Shown one piece after another: positions 1-8,292 of a stretch of DNA of 26,056 bases. The notes under the pieces were generated by a model. That model was not told the origin of the DNA. It searched no databases and saw nothing but the letters and a program-made list of their open reading frames with translations. The translations under genes and the position numbers were made by a program. Each line of letters begins with the position of its first letter. The stretch's first letter is position 1. This stretch comes from a virus (lineage: Duplodnaviria; Caudoviricetes), in the IMG/VR virus record IMGVR_UViG_3300031922_000037, positions 1 through 26,056 of that record. The stretch is one strand, 5' to 3'.

Positions 1-47
1 TAAAGCGGATAAACGCCATCCGAAACAGACCGCCTTCATCCCACACC

Positions 48-106
48 GCCTAACGCAAATTAGCGGGCATCTACAGCACTTGCCCGCCGAATCCCTACTC
101 GTTGGC
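48..106 (-). other. 59-bp imperfect palindrome, attC-like; may instead be the terminator of the leftward operon
   Basis: Minus strand reads AGCCAAC-GAGTAGGG-ATTCGGCGGGCA-11 nt loop-TGCCCGCTAAT-TTGC-GTTAGGC and starts 3 nt after the stop of 110..478. Confidence 0.45.
63..87 (-). terminator. GC-rich hairpin downstream of the leftward operon, possible intrinsic terminator
   Basis: GCGGGCA (63-69) pairs with TGCCCGC (81-87), 11-nt loop. Only a weak U tract (TAATTT) follows on the minus strand. Confidence 0.35.
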
Positions 107-109
107 TAG

Positions 110-478
110 TTACTGGATAATGGTCGGTGAGCGCACTTCTTTTTGCCAAGATGCAACCGTCACAGGGATAGTCGTATAAATGGCAGTAGGCAGGGTAGTT
201 GTACCTGTCCAAGCGGAAGACGGGTCGGTTATGATTACGCAGTTTACGATGCCATTCCCAGTAGGCAGGATAGAGTTTTGCTGTGCCACAACACATTTCC
301 TTCCGGAAACATCGCCATTCAGGACAGAGAATGAAGCAGATGTCAAAGGAACGGATGCTAATGAAAAAGCTGCTATGTCAGCAAACGTGTTAGGCAGAGC
401 ACTACATAAGTGCATAGTGGTGCAAGTACGCATTCGAGCGATTCCGCCTTCTAGCATTGGAGGGCTTTCCAGTATCAT
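110..478 (-). CDS. Small beta-rich phage virion protein, probable fibre or decoration subunit (122 aa)
   Basis: MHLCSALP...FSVLNGDVSGRKCVVA...VTVASWQKEVRSPT resembles a widespread phage structural family. GGAG RBS upstream; start overlaps the stop of 475..705. Confidence 0.65.
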   Translation of the reverse strand: MILESPPMLEGGIARMRTCTTMHLCSALPNTFADIAAFSLASVPLTSASFSVLNGDVSGRKCVVAQQNSILPTGNGIVNCVIITDPSSAWTGTTTLPTAIYTTIPVTVASWQKEVRSPTIIQ

Positions 479-705
479 TGTTCATCTCCTAAATGTTGGG
501 TGGTTGGTGCTGGGTTTATGGTTACAGGTGCTGTTGGGATAATCCCTGTTGGGATGGAACCAGACGTATCCTTTGCCCAGCCGAATGTGCAAAATTTACT
601 ATAAAGAGCTGTTTCTTCTTCGGTTTTTGAAATGAGTACCTCGCCCTCGTAGTAATTTACACCAAGAGCTTGAAATGGGTGTACGACTTGAATTTGCAAT
701 GACAT
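475..705 (-). CDS. Hypothetical phage protein (76 aa)
   Basis: Fills the gap between coupled neighbours; ATGA overlap with the downstream gene. Confidence 0.65.
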   Translation of the reverse strand: MSLQIQVVHPFQALGVNYYEGEVLISKTEEETALYSKFCTFGWAKDTSGSIPTGIIPTAPVTINPAPTTQHLGDEQ

Positions 706-714
706 GGTAAGAGC

Positions 715-2049
715 CTATGGTAAGGTTAAGAAAATTTCTTCGCTCATGATAAGGAATGGCGGAGTTGTTTGCAGGATGTAGACAGTATTTCCATTAAGTT
801 CGTGTTCACTACTTATTTTCAGAAATTTACTTGTCTTTATAAGCTGTTGGACAAGTAAATTGCTGGCTAAAATAATCACTTCGCCTTCTATAACAACCCC
901 GGCTTGATTTGAAACCTGTATAGAAGCTTTAGGCTGTGGAGTTAAAAGTAAAGCGGTTATTATTTCAGATAATAGAAGAACTTGTTCGCAAACCGTATTT
1001 TTTGGGACTAAATTTTGTAACGAATGCAGAACAGGATTTGTAAATTTCTGCAAAGTAATTAAGCTATTTGAAGTTAGTATCGCCTCGGAAAGAGATGTTG
1101 TTGAAGTGTGAATTTGCTGATTGGTTACTTTGGAGGCAGGCAAATTAACTAGACCAGATAGACCTGATTGCTTACTGCTTTGCAAAGAAATCAATTCATT
1201 AGTCGCTAGGCTTAGTAAGGAAGATATTGAATTTTGCCTATTTGCTTGCTCGCTGACTACAGAGTAAGGCGCAAGGAGAGTAAAAGGCTTTGGGAGTAAA
1301 AAGAAATTTCCTCTAGGTTTAAATATCTGATAAGGGTATTGCAATAGCTCCGAAGATTCTTCTATAGATAACCCTCTACTGTATAATAAAGTCAAGTAAA
1401 TAGGGTGTATATTTGTTCTATGCCCTCCTGTCGTGACTTCACGGTAGCCTATAAAATTGTGGGTAGCAGGTGGGCGTAATACTGGAGAATTTCCTATACT
1501 TACCCTACGCATAGATATTCTATCGAACAAAGTGTCTATAAAAATACGCCCCCCAGTTCTAGTAAACGAAGCTACAACCGTTCCGTTTCTTTCAAAAGAC
1601 ACAAAACCAGGCCCTATAAAATCAGTATGTTCCATATGAAGACTGTAAACTGAATCGTTATTGTAATTACATTCCAAGCTAACGTGCCTTACGTTGGTTG
1701 CAAGGTCTACACAAGTTAATATATTAGCTAACGGGTTTACAGCGGATAAAGCTGGGAGAAACAAATGACTAACTACAGTAACTCCTGGCCAGGTAGTAGT
1801 AGGAAGCGCGGGTATTTCAATAAAGTTTGCAGCATTGTATACAGGGGAAATAGTCCCTACCCCTGCTGTAGTCCCCACTTGAACAATCCCTTGAGAACGC
1901 AGCACCCCATCTGTCGCATAGTTTATTACCGGAGCTTCCCCATGAAGCACAGCAACTTGCAACCCATCTGTTAAAGGGTTGTTTCGATTTAAACTTACCT
2001 TACCTGTAGGCTTCCTATTAGCGTATTTGTGCCAACGAGGGATAAACAT
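715..2049 (-). CDS. LamG/concanavalin-like domain protein with C-terminal 22-aa repeats, probable fibre protein (444 aa)
   Basis: N-terminal LNRNNPLTDGL...LYSRGLSIEE..ELLQYPYQIFKP is typical of phage LamG-like domains. The C-terminal half has L-x8-Q repeats with period 22. Confidence 0.6.
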   Translation of the reverse strand: MFIPRWHKYANRKPTGKVSLNRNNPLTDGLQVAVLHGEAPVINYATDGVLRSQGIVQVGTTAGVGTISPVYNAANFIEIPALPTTTWPGVTVVSHLFLPALSAVNPLANILTCVDLATNVRHVSLECNYNNDSVYSLHMEHTDFIGPGFVSFERNGTVVASFTRTGGRIFIDTLFDRISMRRVSIGNSPVLRPPATHNFIGYREVTTGGHRTNIHPIYLTLLYSRGLSIEESSELLQYPYQIFKPRGNFFLLPKPFTLLAPYSVVSEQANRQNSISSLLSLATNELISLQSSKQSGLSGLVNLPASKVTNQQIHTSTTSLSEAILTSNSLITLQKFTNPVLHSLQNLVPKNTVCEQVLLLSEIITALLLTPQPKASIQVSNQAGVVIEGEVIILASNLLVQQLIKTSKFLKISSEHELNGNTVYILQTTPPFLIMSEEIFLTLP

Positions 2050-2477
2050 TAGGCTACTAACTGTTGGACTATTCGCACCATAACCACTATGTTCCTGCTC
2101 GCCGCATTAGGGCAGGTTACAGCAATTCTAAGCTTACGACTTCCGCCTAGATGCAGGTGGTACGTTCGCCGGGCAGGGTCTTCCCCCGGTGTATTGGTTA
2201 GAAACGTATCTAACATACCTAAATGCTCTGCATGTTCGGTAGTGTCAAAATCATCGCCTGTATTTCCTAACACATCTCCGTTAGACCATTGTATCCTGCA
2301 AATCGCAGTATCCCCGCTTGCAGGCGTACCTGAATTATCCGCACTAACTTGTACGCTTGCGGCTACACATGCGTCCCCAAGGATAAACGTATCGGACACA
2401 ACCTCAACCCCAGAAGTTACTGTCCTGAAATTAGCTGTTGCCCATGTAACCTGTGTTTCAATCGTAGACATCGCCAT
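2049..2477 (-). CDS. Hypothetical phage virion protein, beta-sandwich-like (142 aa)
   Basis: TAATG coupling at both ends; GGAG RBS; alternating beta-strand pattern. Confidence 0.65.
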   Translation of the reverse strand: MAMSTIETQVTWATANFRTVTSGVEVVSDTFILGDACVAASVQVSADNSGTPASGDTAICRIQWSNGDVLGNTGDDFDTTEHAEHLGMLDTFLTNTPGEDPARRTYHLHLGGSRKLRIAVTCPNAASRNIVVMVRIVQQLVA

Positions 2478-2950
2478 TACAAACTCCTCCGCGTTCCGTC
2501 ATCGTTCCAAAGTGCCCTAACTACATCTGTTTGAGTGATGCCCACTTTAAGCTGCTCTGCTCTGCTAACCGTTCTAGCACCTAGCGCGAATAAGGAATCC
2601 ATAGCCGCTCTACTGCATTTCCCAAGAGCTACCCAATTTTCAGCCATAAATTGAACACTGTTTGCCCCTAAATTGAGGGGTGTTCGAGTTACTAGCAGGT
2701 CTCGCAAAGTCAAAGCAACCGCTCTTAAAGGGTCATTAACTGCATTCGCCGTATCTTCTATAACCGCGCGTTGACCTGTACTTGCCGCCCAGGTCATAAA
2801 ATCATCAGGGGTAACTGCATTGTATGTAGGTATATCCTTCCTATTTAAGGCTTGGCAGATAGTTACGTCATCCCATTCTGCAAGAGGTTGGGCTAGTTCC
2901 GCAGCTAAAGGACCTCTCATGATTTCGTCTAACAACTCTGTAGGGGTCAT
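2477..2950 (-). CDS. Hypothetical phage protein (157 aa)
   Basis: Coupled to both neighbours; helical protein ending in SRAEQL..ITQTDVVRALW. Confidence 0.7.
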   Translation of the reverse strand: MTPTELLDEIMRGPLAAELAQPLAEWDDVTICQALNRKDIPTYNAVTPDDFMTWAASTGQRAVIEDTANAVNDPLRAVALTLRDLLVTRTPLNLGANSVQFMAENWVALGKCSRAAMDSLFALGARTVSRAEQLKVGITQTDVVRALWNDDGTRRSL

Positions 2951-3486
2951 ATTTGAACTCTTACGTTGAGGATAAAAATAGGGGATTCTGTATCACCTGA
3001 TACTCGATGAATTTCAGGTTTAAAAAACAAACTGAAAGAAGGCGAAGAGCTTTCTTCAGCTAAAAAAGCGGTGGCTTTAAGCGCGTTATTGGAATAGCTA
3101 ATTTGGGTTATAAACACATCTTCGCTTGAAGCGGTCACAACTAACCCGGCAACGTTATCACCCTCTCGTAAATATGACGTGTCAGGAATGGTTCTATAAG
3201 CGACATCGTTATCGGTTATCAAACTATTTTCTACGCTATTCCATTTCGGCTCTGTGTCCCCTGTAACACCAGACGATTTAACCACATAGACACATCCGTT
3301 AGGGACTGTTGGGGCGATTATATTATTCCCAGCCACTAAAACAGTGTTAGCTACCCAATCAGCAGGTCGGATTAAGATAGGGTAAATAATAGAAGCCCCT
3401 TTAGGGTGCTTGTTATCCATTTTTATGCTTGAACTTGATGTTGTTTTCATATTCGCATGAAAAAAATTAATTCCAAATTTTAGCAT
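2947..3486 (-). CDS. Putative fibre-tail adaptor with an inserted CBM5/12-like module (start may be ATG 3450)
   Basis: KHP..SIIY...YLREGDNV..VVT..ATAFL..SGDTE..LNVRV resembles phage fibre-adaptor proteins; internal WVANT..G..P.VPNG..Y....SGVTG.TEPKW motif. Confidence 0.55.
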   Translation of the reverse strand: MLKFGINFFHANMKTTSSSSIKMDNKHPKGASIIYPILIRPADWVANTVLVAGNNIIAPTVPNGCVYVVKSSGVTGDTEPKWNSVENSLITDNDVAYRTIPDTSYLREGDNVAGLVVTASSEDVFITQISYSNNALKATAFLAEESSSPSFSLFFKPEIHRVSGDTESPIFILNVRVQI

Positions 3487-3502
3487 AAACCATGTGATTA
3501 GA

Positions 3503-3564
3503 TTGCATTAACACAATCGACCGTGAATGCAAATCCAGTAAATTCGCTTTTGAATGCAATGCAA
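3503..3564. repeat. Clustered AATGCAA repeats in the divergent intergenic region, operator-like
   Basis: TGAATGCAA at 3524-3532 and 3551-3559, AATGCAA at 3558-3564, inverted TTGCATT at 3503-3509. Confidence 0.5.
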
Positions 3565-3568
3565 AAAT

Positions 3569-3609
3569 AGGAAACCTTAGTTAAATAGACTTTTTTACGC
3601 CTCCATACT
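3569..3609 (+). promoter_or_regulatory. Putative activator-dependent late promoter of the capsid operon
   Basis: AGGAAACCT (3569-3577), 26 nt, CATACT (3604-3609). The same architecture recurs at 15926-15965. Confidence 0.55.
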
Positions 3610-3664
3610 ATCGAACATCCGGCGAAAGTGCCGGTATTACCAATCTTCGAGTTAGAGGCCAAAA

Positions 3665-5392
3665 ATGAGCGCAAAAACACCCTTGCCACAAGGTCGGCAT
3701 TACAACAGCCGCCACACCCAGAACGTGGGTAATTTTCTCACCGCCCTGAAAGGGGTTGCAACAAAGGAAGAAGGGATGGCTTTGGATTCGGCATCGGTTG
3801 CCGATTTCATGTCGTCTGTAAACAACCAGAGTGCCAGCATCAATGGGTTTGAATTGCCTGATTCTATGAAGGCATTGCAAGACGAACTTAGGCCTGAACA
3901 GTTTGCTAATATTATCAAAGCAGCTCTTGATGGCGCATCAGCATACCGCTATGAGCATGGTTGCGAGTTACCGCCCGATGTTCTGGAATCTGCATTTGCT
4001 CAGGCGTATTCGACCACTCGCCACGCTGCCAAAAAGCACCATCTGCCAAAATCTCACGCTCTTGATTCTGCCAGCAACGAGGCAAGTGACCCTTTAGCAT
4101 TGCAGACTAACAGGGCGGTGTCGTCGATTTTATCGACCACTATGTCGGCCTGTCCGTTTGCCATGTATCTGCCATTCGATATTGGCTCCAACGAAGCAAA
4201 ACTTGTTATCGTGTCGCACCAGGCCGGTTATGAGACAGGGCAGTATTCTAAAAGTGACAGCCTAGACGGTGCTAATTCTGGTGATGTATTTATGAGTGCC
4301 GAACGTGTACATACTGGAACACGCGGAACACCATCTGGCCTTGCAGTCGCTTACACTGGAAAATTGACCAAAAAGCAATTGACCCGCGCTACATGCGACC
4401 AAGCAGCTGGAGATTTAAAATTACTCAAAACCCGCGCGGTTGCTTATGTCAACGGGCAGCGTGCCGCTGTCGAGCGTGACCCAGGCGTCATTAGCGGGTC
4501 TATTACCATTGGCTCGGTCACTCACACATTGGCTGGGACGATAAACAATGACACTGGCAATTTCTCTATCACAGTGACCGCATCGTCGGGCGCACCGTTG
4601 GGCGCGGCTTTGCCTGTGTTAGTAAAAAGCTATATCGATTTCGAGCGTGACGCCTCGGTAACACCCAGCATCATCACCCATGCAGAGCCTTATATCATCC
4701 ATGCTAATGAATACAGAGGGTTCGTAAGCGTTACGCCGGGGGCAAAAACGCAAATGTCGAACGAGCTTGGTATTGACCCGACAACCCAAAGCATGGTGAC
4801 AATGCAGAACCATACAGTTAATGAGCGGCATTACAACGCATTGTTTTGGCTCTCACAATTGTCGAGACAAAACGCAGATACGTTCTCATTTGACTGGAAC
4901 GAACGTAAGTTGCAAATGAATGTGGCATCTATTTTCAACGACATGCAAGTGCCTATCAACGAACTGAGCCAACAAATGGTTCTTGATACGTTCTCGTATG
5001 GAATTAAATACGGCTATGTCACAAGAAAAATGGCCGGTTTGATCAGTGGTTTGCCGATGACTATTTTTGAACCGTCCGGCATCGCGCCACGCCCTGGGGT
5101 TTACCGCGTCGGGCGGTTGTTCGGTGTAATCGACATTTATTATTGCCCCAAGGTGGATATTATTGCCGAAACGTCGACTGCATCGACCATGTTGTTCATT
5201 GGCGGTGCTATGGAAGCGGCGCGTTGTCCAGTGGTATTTGGCGACGCAGTGGCTCCAATCATCCAGCCGCTCGGCATTGGCTCTGACATGAAGAGCGGAT
5301 TCACAATGTATTCGCGAAATTTCACCGAGGTAAACCCACACATTCCTTCATCGAAGGGTTGTGCAAGACTCGATGTGACTAATTTAATTTAA
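3665..5392 (+). CDS. Major capsid protein precursor, P1 gp23-like (575 aa)
   Basis: Size, position upstream of the sheath, PFAMYLP.DIGSNEAKL and PGVYRVGRLFG..DIYY motifs; AGAGG RBS; N-terminal ~135 aa look like a propeptide. Confidence 0.85.
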   Translation: MSAKTPLPQGRHYNSRHTQNVGNFLTALKGVATKEEGMALDSASVADFMSSVNNQSASINGFELPDSMKALQDELRPEQFANIIKAALDGASAYRYEHGCELPPDVLESAFAQAYSTTRHAAKKHHLPKSHALDSASNEASDPLALQTNRAVSSILSTTMSACPFAMYLPFDIGSNEAKLVIVSHQAGYETGQYSKSDSLDGANSGDVFMSAERVHTGTRGTPSGLAVAYTGKLTKKQLTRATCDQAAGDLKLLKTRAVAYVNGQRAAVERDPGVISGSITIGSVTHTLAGTINNDTGNFSITVTASSGAPLGAALPVLVKSYIDFERDASVTPSIITHAEPYIIHANEYRGFVSVTPGAKTQMSNELGIDPTTQSMVTMQNHTVNERHYNALFWLSQLSRQNADTFSFDWNERKLQMNVASIFNDMQVPINELSQQMVLDTFSYGIKYGYVTRKMAGLISGLPMTIFEPSGIAPRPGVYRVGRLFGVIDIYYCPKVDIIAETSTASTMLFIGGAMEAARCPVVFGDAVAPIIQPLGIGSDMKSGFTMYSRNFTEVNPHIPSSKGCARLDVTNLI

Positions 5393-5405
5393 CAGGCAGG
5401 CTGAA

Positions 5406-5879
5406 ATGAAAAAATTAATTATTTCCGGGGACGGTACCGGCACTGAATTCCTGAAAGATATGTTTGTCGGGGCGACATACCCATTGGTGGTGAAGATTTC
5501 CAATCATCTTCCGCGTCGGTTCATGCACAGGCCGTTGGGCTTAGTTCTGGAAGCACAGACTGGCGGATTAGACACGTCAAATGACGTGAAAATAACCCAT
5601 TTTGGAGAGCTGCAAAAACTCTGCACCGAAGCCGCTGTTATTGGTGAACTGAATCTTTTTGACAACGTTATCGAGCTGCAATGGAATGATGTTGATGCCA
5701 TTGCAGGCGGCGATGTTTCTGCCGAAGCCTATAAAGGCGATGAAGGCACTCATCCATCTCCTGTTGACATTGCCGGCAATGAAGGAAACGAAGCCACGTT
5801 GACGGCACAAGAAAAACCCAAAGACATCGCCGAAAGCGAAGCAAAGCTAACTAACAGCAAAAAAAGAGGGGGACAATAA
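5406..5879 (+). CDS. Hypothetical protein (157 aa) with acidic low-complexity C-terminus
   Basis: Between capsid and sheath genes; TAATG overlap with the sheath start. Confidence 0.75.
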   Translation: MKKLIISGDGTGTEFLKDMFVGATYPLVVKISNHLPRRFMHRPLGLVLEAQTGGLDTSNDVKITHFGELQKLCTEAAVIGELNLFDNVIELQWNDVDAIAGGDVSAEAYKGDEGTHPSPVDIAGNEGNEATLTAQEKPKDIAESEAKLTNSKKRGGQ

Positions 5880-8284
5880 TGTCTAATTTATTCACAAGGT
5901 CGTTATCACCAGGAAACGCTCCCGGTGTGCAGGTTAATAACCTGGTAGACGATTCCGAAATCACCATTGACCGTAGTGATCAGTTTTTTGCTAGTATGCT
6001 AAAACTTCCTAGAGGCCGTATTGATCGCCCTTTTTTGGTCAGGGCAGGTGAAGCATTTCAAAAAATCGGCAATGGGGCATGGCTTGGAAAAAGAACTCAA
6101 GCTTATAAAAGCCATTCGGCAGTAATTGAAGCTCTGAGAAATGGTGCTGCTGGGGCGGTGCTACAGAGAATAGTTGGCAAAGATTCGAGAAATAGATTCA
6201 TTGTGATCAAGTCTGGCGTTAGCATTGGCCTAACACCAACTATCACAAATGGTGTCATTAGGTCAGTTTCGGTTATTAACCAAGGGTCTGGTTACTCACA
6301 TCCGATTGTTAATCTTGCATCTCATGACCCAAGAGCGTCAGTTGCCATTGAAACAAATTCCTCAACCGGGCAAATAGTAAGAATTATATTGTCTGGCGGT
6401 ACTCTCGGAAGGCATAGAAATGGAGACTCTTTTGCACTTGAGATGACATCATTTAGGGGTGTGTTGGCTAACGTACCAGCTGATGGCACATTAAGAGGCG
6501 CAATAGTAACCATAACAGCTCCTGGGGTTACTAATTTTAGACCGAGAATAAATAAACTATCCGGCCCTGGCTCCGGTGAAGAATTTATCATTAGAGTACA
6601 AGCAACTGGTGTTAATGCTGGAAAGTTGACTTCCGTATCGGTCGCTAATGGCGGTAGAAATTACAATTTATTTTCCGACTCAGTTCCTTCTATTTTGCAA
6701 GTAACGGACCCATCTGGATATATCGGTGGAGGAAGTAGCGCAAATGTCACTATTACTGACATTGATGACGGATTAATTACCGCGCTGTCTGTAACAAACC
6801 CAAGAACAGCTGACTATCTTTACGGAACCCCAGTTATTTCTTTCAAAAACACGAATGGTGGAAACGGATCACGCGCAGCAGCCATTGCCACGGTTACAGA
6901 TGGCGAAATAAGCTCCATCACCGTCACTAATTCAGGCTCCGGTTATTCGGAAGGAAAAGTGTCTGTGGTAGCATCATTGGCCGAAAACCCAGCGTTTTCG
7001 TTAAGAAGAAATCTTCCAGACCCAGAAACTGAACCTTATTTGTTGGCTATACGCGACATGGAATGCTTTAACAATGGCGTTATTATTGCCCTGCATTCCG
7101 ATGAAAAAAGCAATGCCAATGGCGATTTAATCAACAACAGTCGTATTAAGGTACGAATTATCGACCCGGCGCGTCCACGAGCCATCCGTTACCAATTTGA
7201 AGGTGAACTGACCGACGGCGGCGTTGACGATCATAACGGCTCCACATTTTTGCCTGATACCGTTTCTCGCAAAACAGATGATATTCAGGTGTTTGTAGGC
7301 AGCAATAGCACCGTGTCAAGAAATTCGGCAATGTACGGATTAGACGATGACGACAATGAAAAATGGATCAAATCAGAAGTTTTAATGGCGTTTGTCGAAA
7401 GTGATCAGGAATACACGATTGATGATTATCGTGATGCCCGCGATAAATTAGCCAGAACGCCGTTGAATTTCAAATATATTTCCAGTGTTGATTCCGACTC
7501 GGTGGCTTTGATTAGCGAACTGGCGAGATTGTCGTATTTGACCAACAAAAATCTTCGTTTTGACGTACATGGCGACACGGTTGCGGAGGCGATCAGTTTC
7601 ATTAATTCGCTGAACTTCATTGAACGAGAGGAAAATCATCTGCTTCATGCTTTTTGGGCACCGCAATTGGCGGAAGACCCAACAAGGCAAAATGGTTCAA
7701 TGCAAATGGGGGCGGCAACACTCAACATTGCTTTCGCATGTGCGCGTAATGCGCGTAAAGATTCACGCGGGTTCGCGCCAAAGAACTACCCAATCATGGG
7801 TAAGGATTGGGAACTAGGAAAAGCGAGAAGAAATATACGCTCACTGGTGACACCTAGTCGCGGGCAGCTTAACGCACTGGCAAAAGCCAAAATTAACCCG
7901 GTAATTTATGAGGATGGGCGTTACATTTTTAGCAACGCTATCACCTGTGCAGATGTTGACGTAAGTTTACGCAGGCTGATTGCAGTGACGGATATGTCAA
8001 CGTCCATTGACGACGCGGTGGTGCGTTATTGTAACGACGTTAAGGGATACCCTATCGATGAGGCCATCAAGTTGGTCAAGGATTACATGAAATCTTTGTT
8101 CGAGGGCGCAGAAGCTGCCGGATGGATAGTTCCATCACAAGAGCCGGAAATGCTCGGAAGGCCATACCGCTATGAAGTATTTGTTAATCCAGACAGACCG
8201 TATGATACGTTCATCGTTAATTACTGGTTACGTTACCAAGGTACTGCTCTTTATATCTACATCACCCAAACTTATACAAGATGA
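5879..8284 (+). CDS. Contractile tail sheath protein, P1 gp22-like, with a ~260-aa GSGY-repeat insertion (801 aa)
   Basis: PGVQVN..VDDSE, LPRGRIDRPFLV, LNALAKAKINPV and C-terminal FIVNYWLRYQGT sheath motifs; GAGGGG RBS. Confidence 0.85.
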   Translation: MSNLFTRSLSPGNAPGVQVNNLVDDSEITIDRSDQFFASMLKLPRGRIDRPFLVRAGEAFQKIGNGAWLGKRTQAYKSHSAVIEALRNGAAGAVLQRIVGKDSRNRFIVIKSGVSIGLTPTITNGVIRSVSVINQGSGYSHPIVNLASHDPRASVAIETNSSTGQIVRIILSGGTLGRHRNGDSFALEMTSFRGVLANVPADGTLRGAIVTITAPGVTNFRPRINKLSGPGSGEEFIIRVQATGVNAGKLTSVSVANGGRNYNLFSDSVPSILQVTDPSGYIGGGSSANVTITDIDDGLITALSVTNPRTADYLYGTPVISFKNTNGGNGSRAAAIATVTDGEISSITVTNSGSGYSEGKVSVVASLAENPAFSLRRNLPDPETEPYLLAIRDMECFNNGVIIALHSDEKSNANGDLINNSRIKVRIIDPARPRAIRYQFEGELTDGGVDDHNGSTFLPDTVSRKTDDIQVFVGSNSTVSRNSAMYGLDDDDNEKWIKSEVLMAFVESDQEYTIDDYRDARDKLARTPLNFKYISSVDSDSVALISELARLSYLTNKNLRFDVHGDTVAEAISFINSLNFIEREENHLLHAFWAPQLAEDPTRQNGSMQMGAATLNIAFACARNARKDSRGFAPKNYPIMGKDWELGKARRNIRSLVTPSRGQLNALAKAKINPVIYEDGRYIFSNAITCADVDVSLRRLIAVTDMSTSIDDAVVRYCNDVKGYPIDEAIKLVKDYMKSLFEGAEAAGWIVPSQEPEMLGRPYRYEVFVNPDRPYDTFIVNYWLRYQGTALYIYITQTYTR

Positions 8285-8292
8285 GGTAAGCC

